This document shows, in pieces, positions 17,651 through 26,329 of a stretch of DNA of 64,000 nt. Origin of the DNA: Candidatus Saccharimonadales bacterium (GTDB lineage Bacteria > Patescibacteriota > Saccharimonadia > Saccharimonadales > JACDFO01); NCBI GenBank assembly GCA_038255465.1, contig JBBSLJ010000002.1, positions 302-64,301 of the forward strand. Reading direction: 5' to 3'. The notes under the pieces were generated by a model. That model worked only from the letters and a program-made list of their open reading frames with translations, did not search any database and was not told the origin of the DNA. Position numbers and translations under genes: made by a program. Position 1 is the first letter of the stretch, and every line of letters begins with the position of its first letter.

Positions 17651-17995
17651 TTAGAGGCCAACATCACGTACCTCGTCTTGGCTGACTGGCGTTGCACCTG
17701 GAAACAGGTTCTCCAGCTTATTGTCCCAGATGTAGCGGTCAGCCGCTCTCATGGCTTCGTCTTTTATTAAATCCTGAAGTTCGCTATCCCCACTGAATTC
17801 AATCGGCTTAATCCATTTGCTGCCAACTTTGAACTTAGGCATCTGGAACCATAGACCTCCAAATTTCGAAGGCATTACCGTGCAACTGTTGATGTACATA
17901 CGCAAACTGGGTATGCTGACTTTTACGTACAAAGTGTTGCTATCACGGTTTTCAGCGTACACTTCCGCTGTAATCTTCGTTGTATCTATTTGCAT
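17651..17995 (-). CDS. hypothetical protein (faint SpoVG-like pattern)
   Basis: The preferred start is MQIDTTKI at 17995, a 10-nt overlap with the upstream gene. GGLWFQMPKFKVGSKWIKPIEF...LIKDEAMRA loosely recalls SpoVG, which is not enough for assignment. Confidence 0.35.
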   Translation of the reverse strand: MQIDTTKITAEVYAENRDSNTLYVKVSIPSLRMYINSCTVMPSKFGGLWFQMPKFKVGSKWIKPIEFSGDSELQDLIKDEAMRAADRYIWDNKLENLFPGATPVSQDEVRDVGL

Positions 17996-18363
17996 GACGT
18001 TACTCCATTTATCTGGTGCCAAAGCTCGTGTAATAGTCCGTCCCAATCTTTGGGATTTTGGTCGTGGCTACAATACACTTGGTCAAGCTGGGCTTCTGCC
18101 AGCTCTGTGTTTAGACACTTACGGCGACGTTGGTCTATTAGGAACTTTTTACGTAACCAGTCAGGTTTACGTTTGCCAGCTTGCTCAAAAAGCCACTTGG
18201 CTTTATTTAGCTGCTGACGTGTGATTGTTATTTCGATTTTAGACGAAACTTTACGCTGTAAAGTCGGGTCATAAATCGGTGTTTGGGTACTGAGAGCATA
18301 ATTTATGTGTCCAGTACCTTTTTGTGTATTTTTAGTGCGACTTTCTTCCTTGAAGTCTTTCAT
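17986..18363 (-). CDS. basic hypothetical protein
   Basis: 125-aa Lys/Arg-rich ORF co-oriented in the island. No motif recognised. Confidence 0.4.
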   Translation of the reverse strand: MKDFKEESRTKNTQKGTGHINYALSTQTPIYDPTLQRKVSSKIEITITRQQLNKAKWLFEQAGKRKPDWLRKKFLIDQRRRKCLNTELAEAQLDQVYCSHDQNPKDWDGLLHELWHQINGVTSCK

Positions 18364-18504
18364 TGTTATTGTCCTTAGGTTTATGAGACGCTGACGGGTT
18401 CGCTATTAGTCAGCGTCCATGCGAACCTGCGGTTAATTTTAGAACAGAATAAAGGCGATTCTTAGGGGTAAATCGCTGTTCTTAGCAAGGGTAAAATGCG
18501 GATT

Positions 18505-19236
18505 TTAATCTGGAAAAATAAAAAAGTCTGGCAACTCGTCAATGGGGACTGTGATTGCATTCAGCACCCCTGAATCATGGAGAGAAATTACATTATTTGT
18601 TACACCACAACGCTTGCGTAAGTTATTGAAAGAATCGTTTAATCTATCGGATTCGTCGTGTGCTTCTTTACCTAATCGCAATGTAGTTGTGAGCCTATCA
18701 CGTAGTACTGGATTAGGAGCACCAGCAAATAGTAAATCGAATATCTCTTTAGGCTTGAGTCTGTTCGTTGGTTTTGATTTTTTGAAGTATATAGGCTTGC
18801 CATTAACAAGACCCCTGCCTGAAACAGGATTGTAAAATACGAGATTATCTACCTGAGGAGCTTCACTTCGTTTATCTTCTGGCTCTCCCAACCACTTCAA
18901 TTCTGCATACAATCGCTCTAATTTGTATCTGTTAGTAACAAGTATGCTGAATTCTTTGAAAGTAGCCCTGTTGCTACCTCTGTAATTTGGGTGCTTGAAT
19001 TTGAAAAGTATGATTTGGTGTGTAGCCAACGTGCTTAACGCCGCCATGAATATTGCATAATCTGAATCACCTTCAGCGTCAATGCCAGTGCGTAAGCGAC
19101 CAGGACCATTTAAGCCGATGGGACCGTTATCATTGTAGCCACGTAGACCACTTAGGATTTGGCGAATCATGAAGTGTGTATCTTTTCTCGCTCCACCTTC
19201 AAGATTGAGTCCAACTTGCTTACAAAGTAAATCCAT
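18505..19236 (-). CDS. hypothetical protein
   Basis: 243-aa ORF with no recognisable motif. It is preceded and followed by structured intergenic regions. Confidence 0.45.
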   Translation of the reverse strand: MDLLCKQVGLNLEGGARKDTHFMIRQILSGLRGYNDNGPIGLNGPGRLRTGIDAEGDSDYAIFMAALSTLATHQIILFKFKHPNYRGSNRATFKEFSILVTNRYKLERLYAELKWLGEPEDKRSEAPQVDNLVFYNPVSGRGLVNGKPIYFKKSKPTNRLKPKEIFDLLFAGAPNPVLRDRLTTTLRLGKEAHDESDRLNDSFNNLRKRCGVTNNVISLHDSGVLNAITVPIDELPDFFIFPD

Positions 19237-19277
19237 GTCGCTATTATCGCATGAGATAATAAAGAAAGGAGTAAATA

Positions 19278-19505
19278 ATTACTAAGAAAGCTATCGGTAG
19301 ACCTCCAAAAGTTACCTACCGAACATATATCAAATTAGCAAATGCAATTCAGCATAATGCCACAGTTACTGATGCGACTAGGAACGCAAAAATTAGTCGC
19401 CAGACATTTTACCACTATCTAAATAATGAACCTGTATTCACCGAAATGATGATTAAAGCATATGAGAATCAGACCAAAGTTCCGATGTTTTTTACCCCAT
19501 ACTAA
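19278..19505 (+). CDS. small helix-turn-helix DNA-binding protein with a probable non-canonical start codon (ATT or ATA)
   Basis: This ORF is not in the ORF track. My translation is ITKKAIGRPPKVTYRTYIKLANAIQHNATVTDATRNAKISRQTFYHYLNNEPVFTEMMIKAYENQTKVPMFFTPY*. GRPPK...ISRQTFYHYL is a resolvase/terminase-type HTH. An AGGAG lies at 19267-19271, followed by an in-frame TAA and then ATA ATT. There is no ATG, GTG or TTG near the 5' end. Confidence 0.5.
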   Translation: MTKKAIGRPPKVTYRTYIKLANAIQHNATVTDATRNAKISRQTFYHYLNNEPVFTEMMIKAYENQTKVPMFFTPY

Positions 19506-19752
19506 TCTGACAGCTTGAAGAAAACTTGCACGCTTTTGCTGGGTTTTTGTGAGTTTTGGTGTCAGATAAATAATACGTTGCTTAAGCTATTTTTAGTGGC
19601 AAATGGCGTTGAGCGGTCAAAATATGGAAATAAAATTTTCGTGGCGTTGCTCAATGCCCAGAAACAAAAAGAGATGAAAGGGCTCTTTCAAACCCCTGTG
19701 GGCACTTTGGAGCACTTAGGACGAGTTTCTATACGGAAGTTGTGTAAATTAT

Positions 19753-20142
19753 TTATCTGGTCAAAAAACGGATAATTGCCATTGAAGCAATTAGAATAGC
19801 AAAAATCTCCCAAGGAATTCTCTTAACCTTTTTAGCTCCCGTTGAATGAAGGGCTTCTTTCCATTGAGCAGTAAGCTGGTCTATATCATCTACCTCTCTG
19901 CCAATGGTTTCGCCACGTGCTTTACGGGCTGCAACTTCTGGTGATACATTAAGTGAGTACATCTTGCCGCCCACTTTAAGATAGATAAAGTTCATCTGTA
20001 TTTTGATACTCCGTAACTCAGAGGGAACTACTTCAAAAACAACGTTACCTGTTTCATCAGTTAATGTAAGTTTGTCTGTCAAATTTAAAGTACCAGATTT
20101 TTTGCTTAGACCACTTCGCCAACTCACCTGGCTAGTTATCAT
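19753..20142 (-). CDS. tail-anchored hypothetical protein (PH-like N-domain plus C-terminal TM)
   Basis: GNVVFEVVPSELRSIKIQMNFIYLKVGGKMYSL, then the C-terminal helix IPWEIFAILIASMAIIRFL. It overlaps the upstream gene by 4 nt. Confidence 0.45.
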   Translation of the reverse strand: MITSQVSWRSGLSKKSGTLNLTDKLTLTDETGNVVFEVVPSELRSIKIQMNFIYLKVGGKMYSLNVSPEVAARKARGETIGREVDDIDQLTAQWKEALHSTGAKKVKRIPWEIFAILIASMAIIRFLTR

Positions 20143-21068
20143 TTTGTGTCTCTCTTTGGTTGCTTTGCAGCTAAAGCGTCAATCCTACTGACTACCTGAT
20201 TGGCTTTTATTATGTTTGCATTATTCGGACCAATATCAGAGTCTTTAGTAGCGGCCCTGATGTATGTAAAATACTCGATTCTCAAGGAGTTATATTCCGT
20301 CAAATAGTCAACTTCTTTCTGGATAGGGGTTGGGAATGGCTTTAGTTCTTGAATTTTGGTTATTAAATCTTTATTTGCAGTATATAGTTGCAACGCACTA
20401 TCTACTGACTTCTCAATTTCACGCGGATTGTCAGTAGTACTGCTAACCCTTTCAAATTCAGCTAATGCCTTACTGTCATTACTCGTGAATTCATCTACAT
20501 ATTGTAAATAAGTTTTTGAGTCAAATTTCTCTCCTAGCACAATAAGCGAAAATGTATCACCTAAAGTAATGGTGTTGTCTATTGTTCTGAAGTAAGCCCA
20601 GAATCCACCAAAGAACATAACAATATATGCAACGAGAAAGATAACTGTATTGAGTGTGGCGCGATTTGCACTCCGGAACTCGCCTTTCATGTGCTCATAA
20701 TAATCTGTTAACGGTTTCATGTATTTTTGAGCTGCGAAAGTAATAAGCCCTACATATAAACCAGTGAAGGCGGCCCTTGGTATACTTTGCGGCAATATAA
20801 TCGCTAGAACTAGAAGCAGTGCAGGTACTCCGATAATGAATGAAAATAGTGCAATTTTTGCTGGTTTTATATTCCCTGAGATTTTAAAATTCTTATAGAA
20901 AAAGTAAGCAGCAGCAAAGGGTCCACCGACTATACTGCCAGCAACAACGTCTCTATATCTAAACATTTTGTCAGGCACATTAAGTTGTTCGGGATTTTGA
21001 GCTAATTGCGGTTCAATATTTTGATTTTCTTGAAGTTGTTGATTATTTTCCATAGTCTTATAATACAA
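20139..21068 (-). CDS. four-TM membrane protein with a Gln/Asn-rich N-terminus and a helical C-terminal domain
   Basis: 309-aa ORF with 4 hydrophobic helices between residues ~45-165. No recognisable family. Confidence 0.5.
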   Translation of the reverse strand: MYYKTMENNQQLQENQNIEPQLAQNPEQLNVPDKMFRYRDVVAGSIVGGPFAAAYFFYKNFKISGNIKPAKIALFSFIIGVPALLLVLAIILPQSIPRAAFTGLYVGLITFAAQKYMKPLTDYYEHMKGEFRSANRATLNTVIFLVAYIVMFFGGFWAYFRTIDNTITLGDTFSLIVLGEKFDSKTYLQYVDEFTSNDSKALAEFERVSSTTDNPREIEKSVDSALQLYTANKDLITKIQELKPFPTPIQKEVDYLTEYNSLRIEYFTYIRAATKDSDIGPNNANIIKANQVVSRIDALAAKQPKRDTK

Positions 21069-21279
21069 CAGTGTTCACGTATTATTACCATCTTTAGGCT
21101 CCCGACAATCCTAGTTCGGGCAAACCGTTGCCAAGATACTCTTTAGCAATACGCAACTCTTTGGATATTTGTATAATAGCTTGGTAACAGTCTGTACGTA
21201 ATACATCGGGTAGGTGGTACCATTTCTTATTCTGCAAGCAAGTCAGGCCTAGATCATTGCTCGATTCCCTAAAATTTTT

Positions 21280-21684
21280 ATGTTAAAGTTGTGTTACGAA
21301 TACGGAGGATATATGACAGAGTACCCTGCTACACTTGATGAATTACTGGCGTTAAAAAATGTACCTGTCGTGTCAATCGACCAACAAAGTATGTTCACGT
21401 ATATTAATGCCGCCTTTACTAAAGAGTATGGGTGGACCAAGGCAGACCTTATTGGTAAATCGGTTGTTAAAATTATGCCTGAACATATGAGAAACGCGCA
21501 TACCGTGGGCTTTGCAAGATACCTTGCAACAGAAACATCAGACTTGCTAGGAAAGCCCTTAGCGCTCAACGTTGTATATAAAGACGGCACCGTAAAAACC
21601 TCAAACCATTATATTCTGGGAGATAAAAAAGAATCAACTTGGAGGTTTGCTGCAATAATTGATTACCCACTAGATGGCAAGTAG
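21280..21684 (+). CDS. stand-alone PAS-domain protein
   Basis: PAS fold pattern SIDQQSMFTYINAAFTKEYGWTKADLIGKSV...NVVYKDGT. It overlaps the next kinase gene by 11 nt. Confidence 0.7.
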   Translation: MLKLCYEYGGYMTEYPATLDELLALKNVPVVSIDQQSMFTYINAAFTKEYGWTKADLIGKSVVKIMPEHMRNAHTVGFARYLATETSDLLGKPLALNVVYKDGTVKTSNHYILGDKKESTWRFAAIIDYPLDGK

Positions 21685-22774
21685 CAAAGAAAAATTATTA
21701 GCCGAAGAATTATTACAACTGCATAGAATCCTCGGTTGGATGGACCTTGTAATAGGTAGCGTCGATACTGCCGTATGTGTCGTAGATAAGCCCGGCAATA
21801 TCATATTCAGCAACAATTATTTTGCCAAATTGCTAGCAACTCAACGTGTATTTTTACTCGGGCAACGATTTAATGAAGTATTTCCTTTGAAACACACATC
21901 ATCTCCACTACCTGAATATCTGATTACCACAAATAAGCTTGGAGAAACGTCAAATAACAATGATGTTATCTATGAATGGACCGATAAAGAAAACAACCTG
22001 TTGATTTTCAGGGTTTTTAAGCGCCTTATGCCGGGCAATGAGCAAGTCGTATATCTAATTCAAAATATTACAGATGAGTATGAATTGTCTCTTATGAAAA
22101 ACAATTTTATTAATCTTGCTTCACACCAGTTAAGGACGCCGATGACAGCTATTATGACTTACTCGCATATGTTAAAAAGCTGCTACATGGGTGAACTGAA
22201 TGAACAGCAACAGCAATTAGTAAATACGCTTGTTGATTCATCGGAGCGAATGATTGCTTTAGTTGAGGGTCTTTTAAACATCACGCGGGCACAAAGCACC
22301 AGCAGACTCGTTCAAAATATAGATGTTTTGATAAGTGAAATATTTGAAAAAATACATACGGAACTTGAACCAAGATTGAAAGAGAAAAAACTGCAGTACA
22401 CGTTTGTTATGGATAAGAATATTCCGTTTATACATACTGATGCATCGATACTGCATGAAATTTTTTCGAATTTGATTGTTAATGCGATCCAATATACTCC
22501 AGTTAAAGGTTCTATTCACATCAATGTTAAGTTAAAAAATAACAAGATTTTAATTTCAGTCAGCGACACGGGAATCGGCATACCGAAAGAGCATCAACCG
22601 TACCTATTCAATCAATTTTCAAGGGCTGAAAATGCAATGCAAGAATTTACTGAGGGAACCGGTTTGGGGCTTTATATGGTGAAACTTCTGCTTGATAAAA
22701 TTGGTGGCACCATATCATACACGAGCACATTAAACGTCGGTACAACATTTGTAATATCCGTGCCCTTATCTTAA
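21674..22774 (+). CDS. PAS-like sensor histidine kinase (cytoplasmic)
   Basis: H-box ASHQLRTPMTAI, N box NLIVNAIQYT, G boxes DTGIGI and GTGLGLY. No TM helices. Confidence 0.85.
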   Translation: MASSKEKLLAEELLQLHRILGWMDLVIGSVDTAVCVVDKPGNIIFSNNYFAKLLATQRVFLLGQRFNEVFPLKHTSSPLPEYLITTNKLGETSNNNDVIYEWTDKENNLLIFRVFKRLMPGNEQVVYLIQNITDEYELSLMKNNFINLASHQLRTPMTAIMTYSHMLKSCYMGELNEQQQQLVNTLVDSSERMIALVEGLLNITRAQSTSRLVQNIDVLISEIFEKIHTELEPRLKEKKLQYTFVMDKNIPFIHTDASILHEIFSNLIVNAIQYTPVKGSIHINVKLKNNKILISVSDTGIGIPKEHQPYLFNQFSRAENAMQEFTEGTGLGLYMVKLLLDKIGGTISYTSTLNVGTTFVISVPLS

Positions 22775-22951
22775 AAGCTGGTTGTGTATTTAACGGATGT
22801 CGTCATTAGACTCGATCATGACCCTACCTATCGTTTCTCGGACGCTAGCTCGTCTTTGCTGCCGCGATAGCATTACTAATTATTTTGGGAAAATTGTTCT
22901 ATTATATATCTACTGAGTAGGTGCTTGTAAAAAAGAGGTAAACTATAGCCT

Positions 22952-25003
22952 ATGATCGATAAGCTATCCAGAACTAGCAATTCTTCAACTTCAAAGATCG
23001 TAAACACTACGAACATTGGATTTTTGATTGGTGGCGGTAAAATGGGAAGGATCATGCGTTCATTCGACTGGTCTAAAACTGCCATCGGAGAAACTGAGAC
23101 CTGGGCCGAAAGCCTGCGAACGGCAGTAAGTATCATGTTGAACTCACCTCTCCCAATGTTCGTCTTGTGGGATAAGAATAAACTGACAAATTTATACAAT
23201 GATGCTTATAGTGAAATTCTAGGCAGCAAGCACCCAACGGCACTAGCACAACCCGCTAATGAAGTCTGGGCAGAGATATGGAACAGTCTCGACCCACTCG
23301 TTACTAAGGCATTCAAAACAGGCGAGCCTGTCTATGAGAAGGACCTTCGTCTACTTATAAACCGTCATGGGTCTGAGGAGGAAACCTACTTTACTTTCTC
23401 GTACAGCCCCTTGAGAAATGACACGGGCAGTATTGTCGGCCTCTTTTGCGTCGTAACCGAAACCACGGACGATGTGCTCTCGCGGCAGATATTACAAGAA
23501 AGTGAAGAACGGTTCCGTACGCTCATAGAAAGAAGTGCTGATGCTGTACAACTAGTCTCGCTAAAAGGAGAAATACTGTTTACAAGCGATTCAGTCAAGC
23601 ACGTACTTGGTTATACTCCGGATGAGCTTGCTCATACGGGGATTATGCCCTTTTTACACCCTGAAGATACGGCCTATTTTTTTGAAAATTTCAATAACCT
23701 GATTAAACACCCGGACAAGCAGATCACGATGCAATACCGCGTAAAACATAAAGACGGTAGTTGGGCTTGGCTTGAAACGGTTGGCGTCAACCATATTAAC
23801 ACCCCGAATATTCATGCGTTACTCGGTAACTTTAGAAATATTACAAAGCAGAAGGAAGCAGAAGACAGGCTACGAAGCAGTAATGAGCGATTCCGCGCCC
23901 TAGCGGAGAACATACCTAACCTTGCCTGGATGGCAGATGCCGAAGGATATATTTTTTGGTATAACAATCGCTGGTACGAATATACAGGAACAAAGCCTAA
24001 AGAAATGGAAGGCTGGGGCTGGCAAACCGTACATGACCCCGAGCATCTTCCAAACGTGCTTAAAAGATGGAAACATTCTATTAAAACCGGCAAACCTTTT
24101 GAAATGGTCTTTCCGCTCAAAGGCTATGACGGAAACTACCGCCCTTTCCTAACACGCGTAGTGCCTCTTATAGGCGATGACGGCAAGGTCAAACAGTGGA
24201 TAGGGACTAATACCGATATTTCTGAGCAACAAGAGGTAAAGCGCGCCGAGGCTCGTAACGAAGAGCTTGAAAAAATCGCAAGACAACTAGCAGTACAACG
24301 TAAAGAGCTTATTTCGCTTAATAAAACTAAAGATGAATTTATAGGTATGGCTTCTCATCAGCTACGAACTCCTGCGACCGCCGTCAAACAGTACATCAGC
24401 TTACTCATAGATGAGGTCGTTGGGCCGCTGAACCCAGAACAACTGCAGTTTTTGCACATAGCCTACGACAGCAACGAACGCGAGCTGAATATCATTCATG
24501 ACCTGCTAAAAACAGCTCAAATGGATTCGACTGAATATACACTCAATCAGCAGCGGCATGATATTGTGCGGATCGTGAGTGAGGCCATAAATGATATGAA
24601 ATCAAGTTTCGAGTTCCGGAAGCAGGAAGTTTCTTTTATTAAGCCAGGTAAACCAATCAGGGCATTAGTTGATGAAACAGAAATGAAACTAGTCTTTGTT
24701 AATTTATTAGAAAATGCCAGCAAATATAGCTACCATGGCACAAAAATTAAAGTTGCAATTGAAAAGAAGGATAAATATATAAACATTGTATTCACTGACA
24801 AAGGAGTAGGCATTAGCAAAGATGACCAACAGAGAATATTTGAAAAGTTCACACGTGTTGATAATAGCCTCTCCGACACCGTCACCGGTACGGGGCTTGG
24901 ATTATATTGGGTGAAGCAGCTGATTGGACTGCATAACGGCACCGTTAAACTCACTTCAAGCGCTGGAAAAGGTTCAAAATTTGCCGTTAGACTGCCTCGA
25001 TGA
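22952..25003 (+). CDS. multi-PAS sensor histidine kinase (cytoplasmic)
   Basis: It has three or more PAS/PAC units, the H-box ASHQLRTPATAVKQY and a HATPase domain (NASKYS, DKGVGI, GTGLGLYW). It is a paralog of 9171..11258. Confidence 0.9.
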   Translation: MIDKLSRTSNSSTSKIVNTTNIGFLIGGGKMGRIMRSFDWSKTAIGETETWAESLRTAVSIMLNSPLPMFVLWDKNKLTNLYNDAYSEILGSKHPTALAQPANEVWAEIWNSLDPLVTKAFKTGEPVYEKDLRLLINRHGSEEETYFTFSYSPLRNDTGSIVGLFCVVTETTDDVLSRQILQESEERFRTLIERSADAVQLVSLKGEILFTSDSVKHVLGYTPDELAHTGIMPFLHPEDTAYFFENFNNLIKHPDKQITMQYRVKHKDGSWAWLETVGVNHINTPNIHALLGNFRNITKQKEAEDRLRSSNERFRALAENIPNLAWMADAEGYIFWYNNRWYEYTGTKPKEMEGWGWQTVHDPEHLPNVLKRWKHSIKTGKPFEMVFPLKGYDGNYRPFLTRVVPLIGDDGKVKQWIGTNTDISEQQEVKRAEARNEELEKIARQLAVQRKELISLNKTKDEFIGMASHQLRTPATAVKQYISLLIDEVVGPLNPEQLQFLHIAYDSNERELNIIHDLLKTAQMDSTEYTLNQQRHDIVRIVSEAINDMKSSFEFRKQEVSFIKPGKPIRALVDETEMKLVFVNLLENASKYSYHGTKIKVAIEKKDKYINIVFTDKGVGISKDDQQRIFEKFTRVDNSLSDTVTGTGLGLYWVKQLIGLHNGTVKLTSSAGKGSKFAVRLPR

Positions 25004-25368
25004 CCAAATCAATTCTGATTGTTGAAGACGAAAAGATTTTGCAAAATGTGTATAAAATAATCCTGAGTTCTAAGGGTTATGCGGTTCATACGGCTGATAA
25101 CGGCGTTGAAGGATTACAACAACTAAAGGCTTTGCGACCAGACCTGGTATTACTTGATGTATTTATGCCCGTTATGAACGGCAGAGAGTTTATGAGAAAC
25201 ATAGTCCCAGACGATTATCCCAAGACAAAAATTATCGTTTATACCAATTTATCAGACACTGGCACAGAGACCGAGATGCTCCATCTTGGCGCACATAAGT
25301 TCGTTGTGAAATCCAGCCTAGACCCTCAAGGCTTACTAGCAATGGTGCATGAAATACTAAATGACTGA
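25000..25368 (+). CDS. single-domain response regulator (REC only)
   Basis: ILIVEDEK..., LVLLDVFMP and KFVVKS. The 4-nt overlap with the kinase gene suggests coupling. Confidence 0.9.
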   Translation: MTKSILIVEDEKILQNVYKIILSSKGYAVHTADNGVEGLQQLKALRPDLVLLDVFMPVMNGREFMRNIVPDDYPKTKIIVYTNLSDTGTETEMLHLGAHKFVVKSSLDPQGLLAMVHEILND

Positions 25369-25439
25369 GCCGTTATTGTGATTTAAAATAGATATTTTAA
25401 ACAACTCAGTATACAAGGCCCGGAAAACTCGTTTAAGAT

Positions 25440-25649
25440 TTAACTAATAAAAATAAGGTACAAAATTCCGATTGCCGTGGCAACTACATATGTTACTGCT
25501 ACTGTTTTTATAAATATTTTAAGAGATAGTGATTTTGGTATTCTGCCGACTGTACCGAGCGGTATTTCTAGTGACGGTAGCGTTACGTTCTTGCTATTTA
25601 CAACATCTTGATCTGCGCCATTTTTTGGATGAAAAGTTACCGGTTCCAT
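25440..25649 (-). CDS. small tail-anchored hypothetical protein
   Basis: 69-aa ORF with a C-terminal TM (VAVTYVVATAIGILYLIFI). Confidence 0.35.
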   Translation of the reverse strand: MEPVTFHPKNGADQDVVNSKNVTLPSLEIPLGTVGRIPKSLSLKIFIKTVAVTYVVATAIGILYLIFIS

Positions 25650-25712
25650 TGCCCCGCCTTTATTAGTACTTATCGGTTCTAGCTTAGCGTTTATGCTTTG
25701 AAAAGAAAAGAA

Positions 25713-26240
25713 TTACTTAGAATCTTTTCGAGACTTGGGCGCTGGCAGTTGCTTTTGCGCGGCTAAGGTTTTTTGTAAAACTTCAAGCACACTTAAGGCA
25801 TGATCACGGCTCATGCCTACTCGAGCTATCGCTAGCGGTTGATTATTTGTCCCGCCACCCTGCATAAAATTCATAACCACACCAAAATCATTGGCGCTAA
25901 CATGAACCATGTCGGTATAGACAATCTTAAGATCCTCGGGCGTTACCATTACCGTCTGTTTTACGGACACATCTGATTGCGTGACAACACTGGGCGGATA
26001 GCCTGCCAAATCCCAAAGCTTTTCAGCCTCTTCTTCTTTTAATTCAAAGTGACTGATCAGAAGCAATAAAATATCTTCACCGGGCCGATTTTTGCCCGCC
26101 TCAATAACCTCAAGGTGATCCACACCAATCTCAACAGCACCAGATACATCGGCTAGTGTTTCTTGACGGCTTATACGCATTTTTTTAAGCTTGCGGCCAA
26201 GCTGTTCAAAGGGGTTGTCTGGTCTACTGGTTTTACTCAT
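25713..26240 (-). CDS. XRE-type HTH protein with a DUF3467-like C-terminal domain
   Basis: N-terminal HTH (LKKMRISRQETLADVSGAVEIGVDHLEVIEAG). The C-terminal VYTDMVHVSANDFGVVMNF...ARVGMSRDHALSVLEVLQ resembles DUF3467. Confidence 0.6.
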   Translation of the reverse strand: MSKTSRPDNPFEQLGRKLKKMRISRQETLADVSGAVEIGVDHLEVIEAGKNRPGEDILLLLISHFELKEEEAEKLWDLAGYPPSVVTQSDVSVKQTVMVTPEDLKIVYTDMVHVSANDFGVVMNFMQGGGTNNQPLAIARVGMSRDHALSVLEVLQKTLAAQKQLPAPKSRKDSK

Positions 26241-26329
26241 TCTGTTCTATGCTATCGCTCTCGGGCATTTCATGCAAGTACAAGCAGCAGATCTACTAGG
26301 TAGCTTCAGTAATACTGGAGGGGTATACT

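Larger units (their letters stand above)
15096..21224 (-). mobile_element. putative integrated element (~6 kb) at the 3' end of tRNA-Arg(CCG), mobilised by a large serine recombinase
   Basis: The recombinase gene abuts and overlaps the tRNA. All the internal genes are uncharacterised and co-oriented. The sequence looks more AT-rich than the flanks. The right boundary is tentative: GGTGGTACCATTT at about 21214-21224 resembles the tRNA end GGTGTACCATAT. Confidence 0.55.

Noticed and set aside
19515-19775. An 86-aa plus-strand ORF in the island (MKKTCTLLLGFCEFW…).
   Set aside because: It has a TTG start with no SD, a Cys/Leu/Phe-rich composition with no domain, and its end overlaps the 3' end of the convergent gene 19753..20142. 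The region is more likely regulatory or intergenic. It is not excluded, but it is unsupported.
21674-21684. A definite frameshift pseudogene call for the PAS protein/kinase junction.
   Set aside because: Both ORFs are intact and have plausible starts. Overlaps of this size occur in coupled genes. The question cannot be decided without orthologs, so it is reported only as a possibility.
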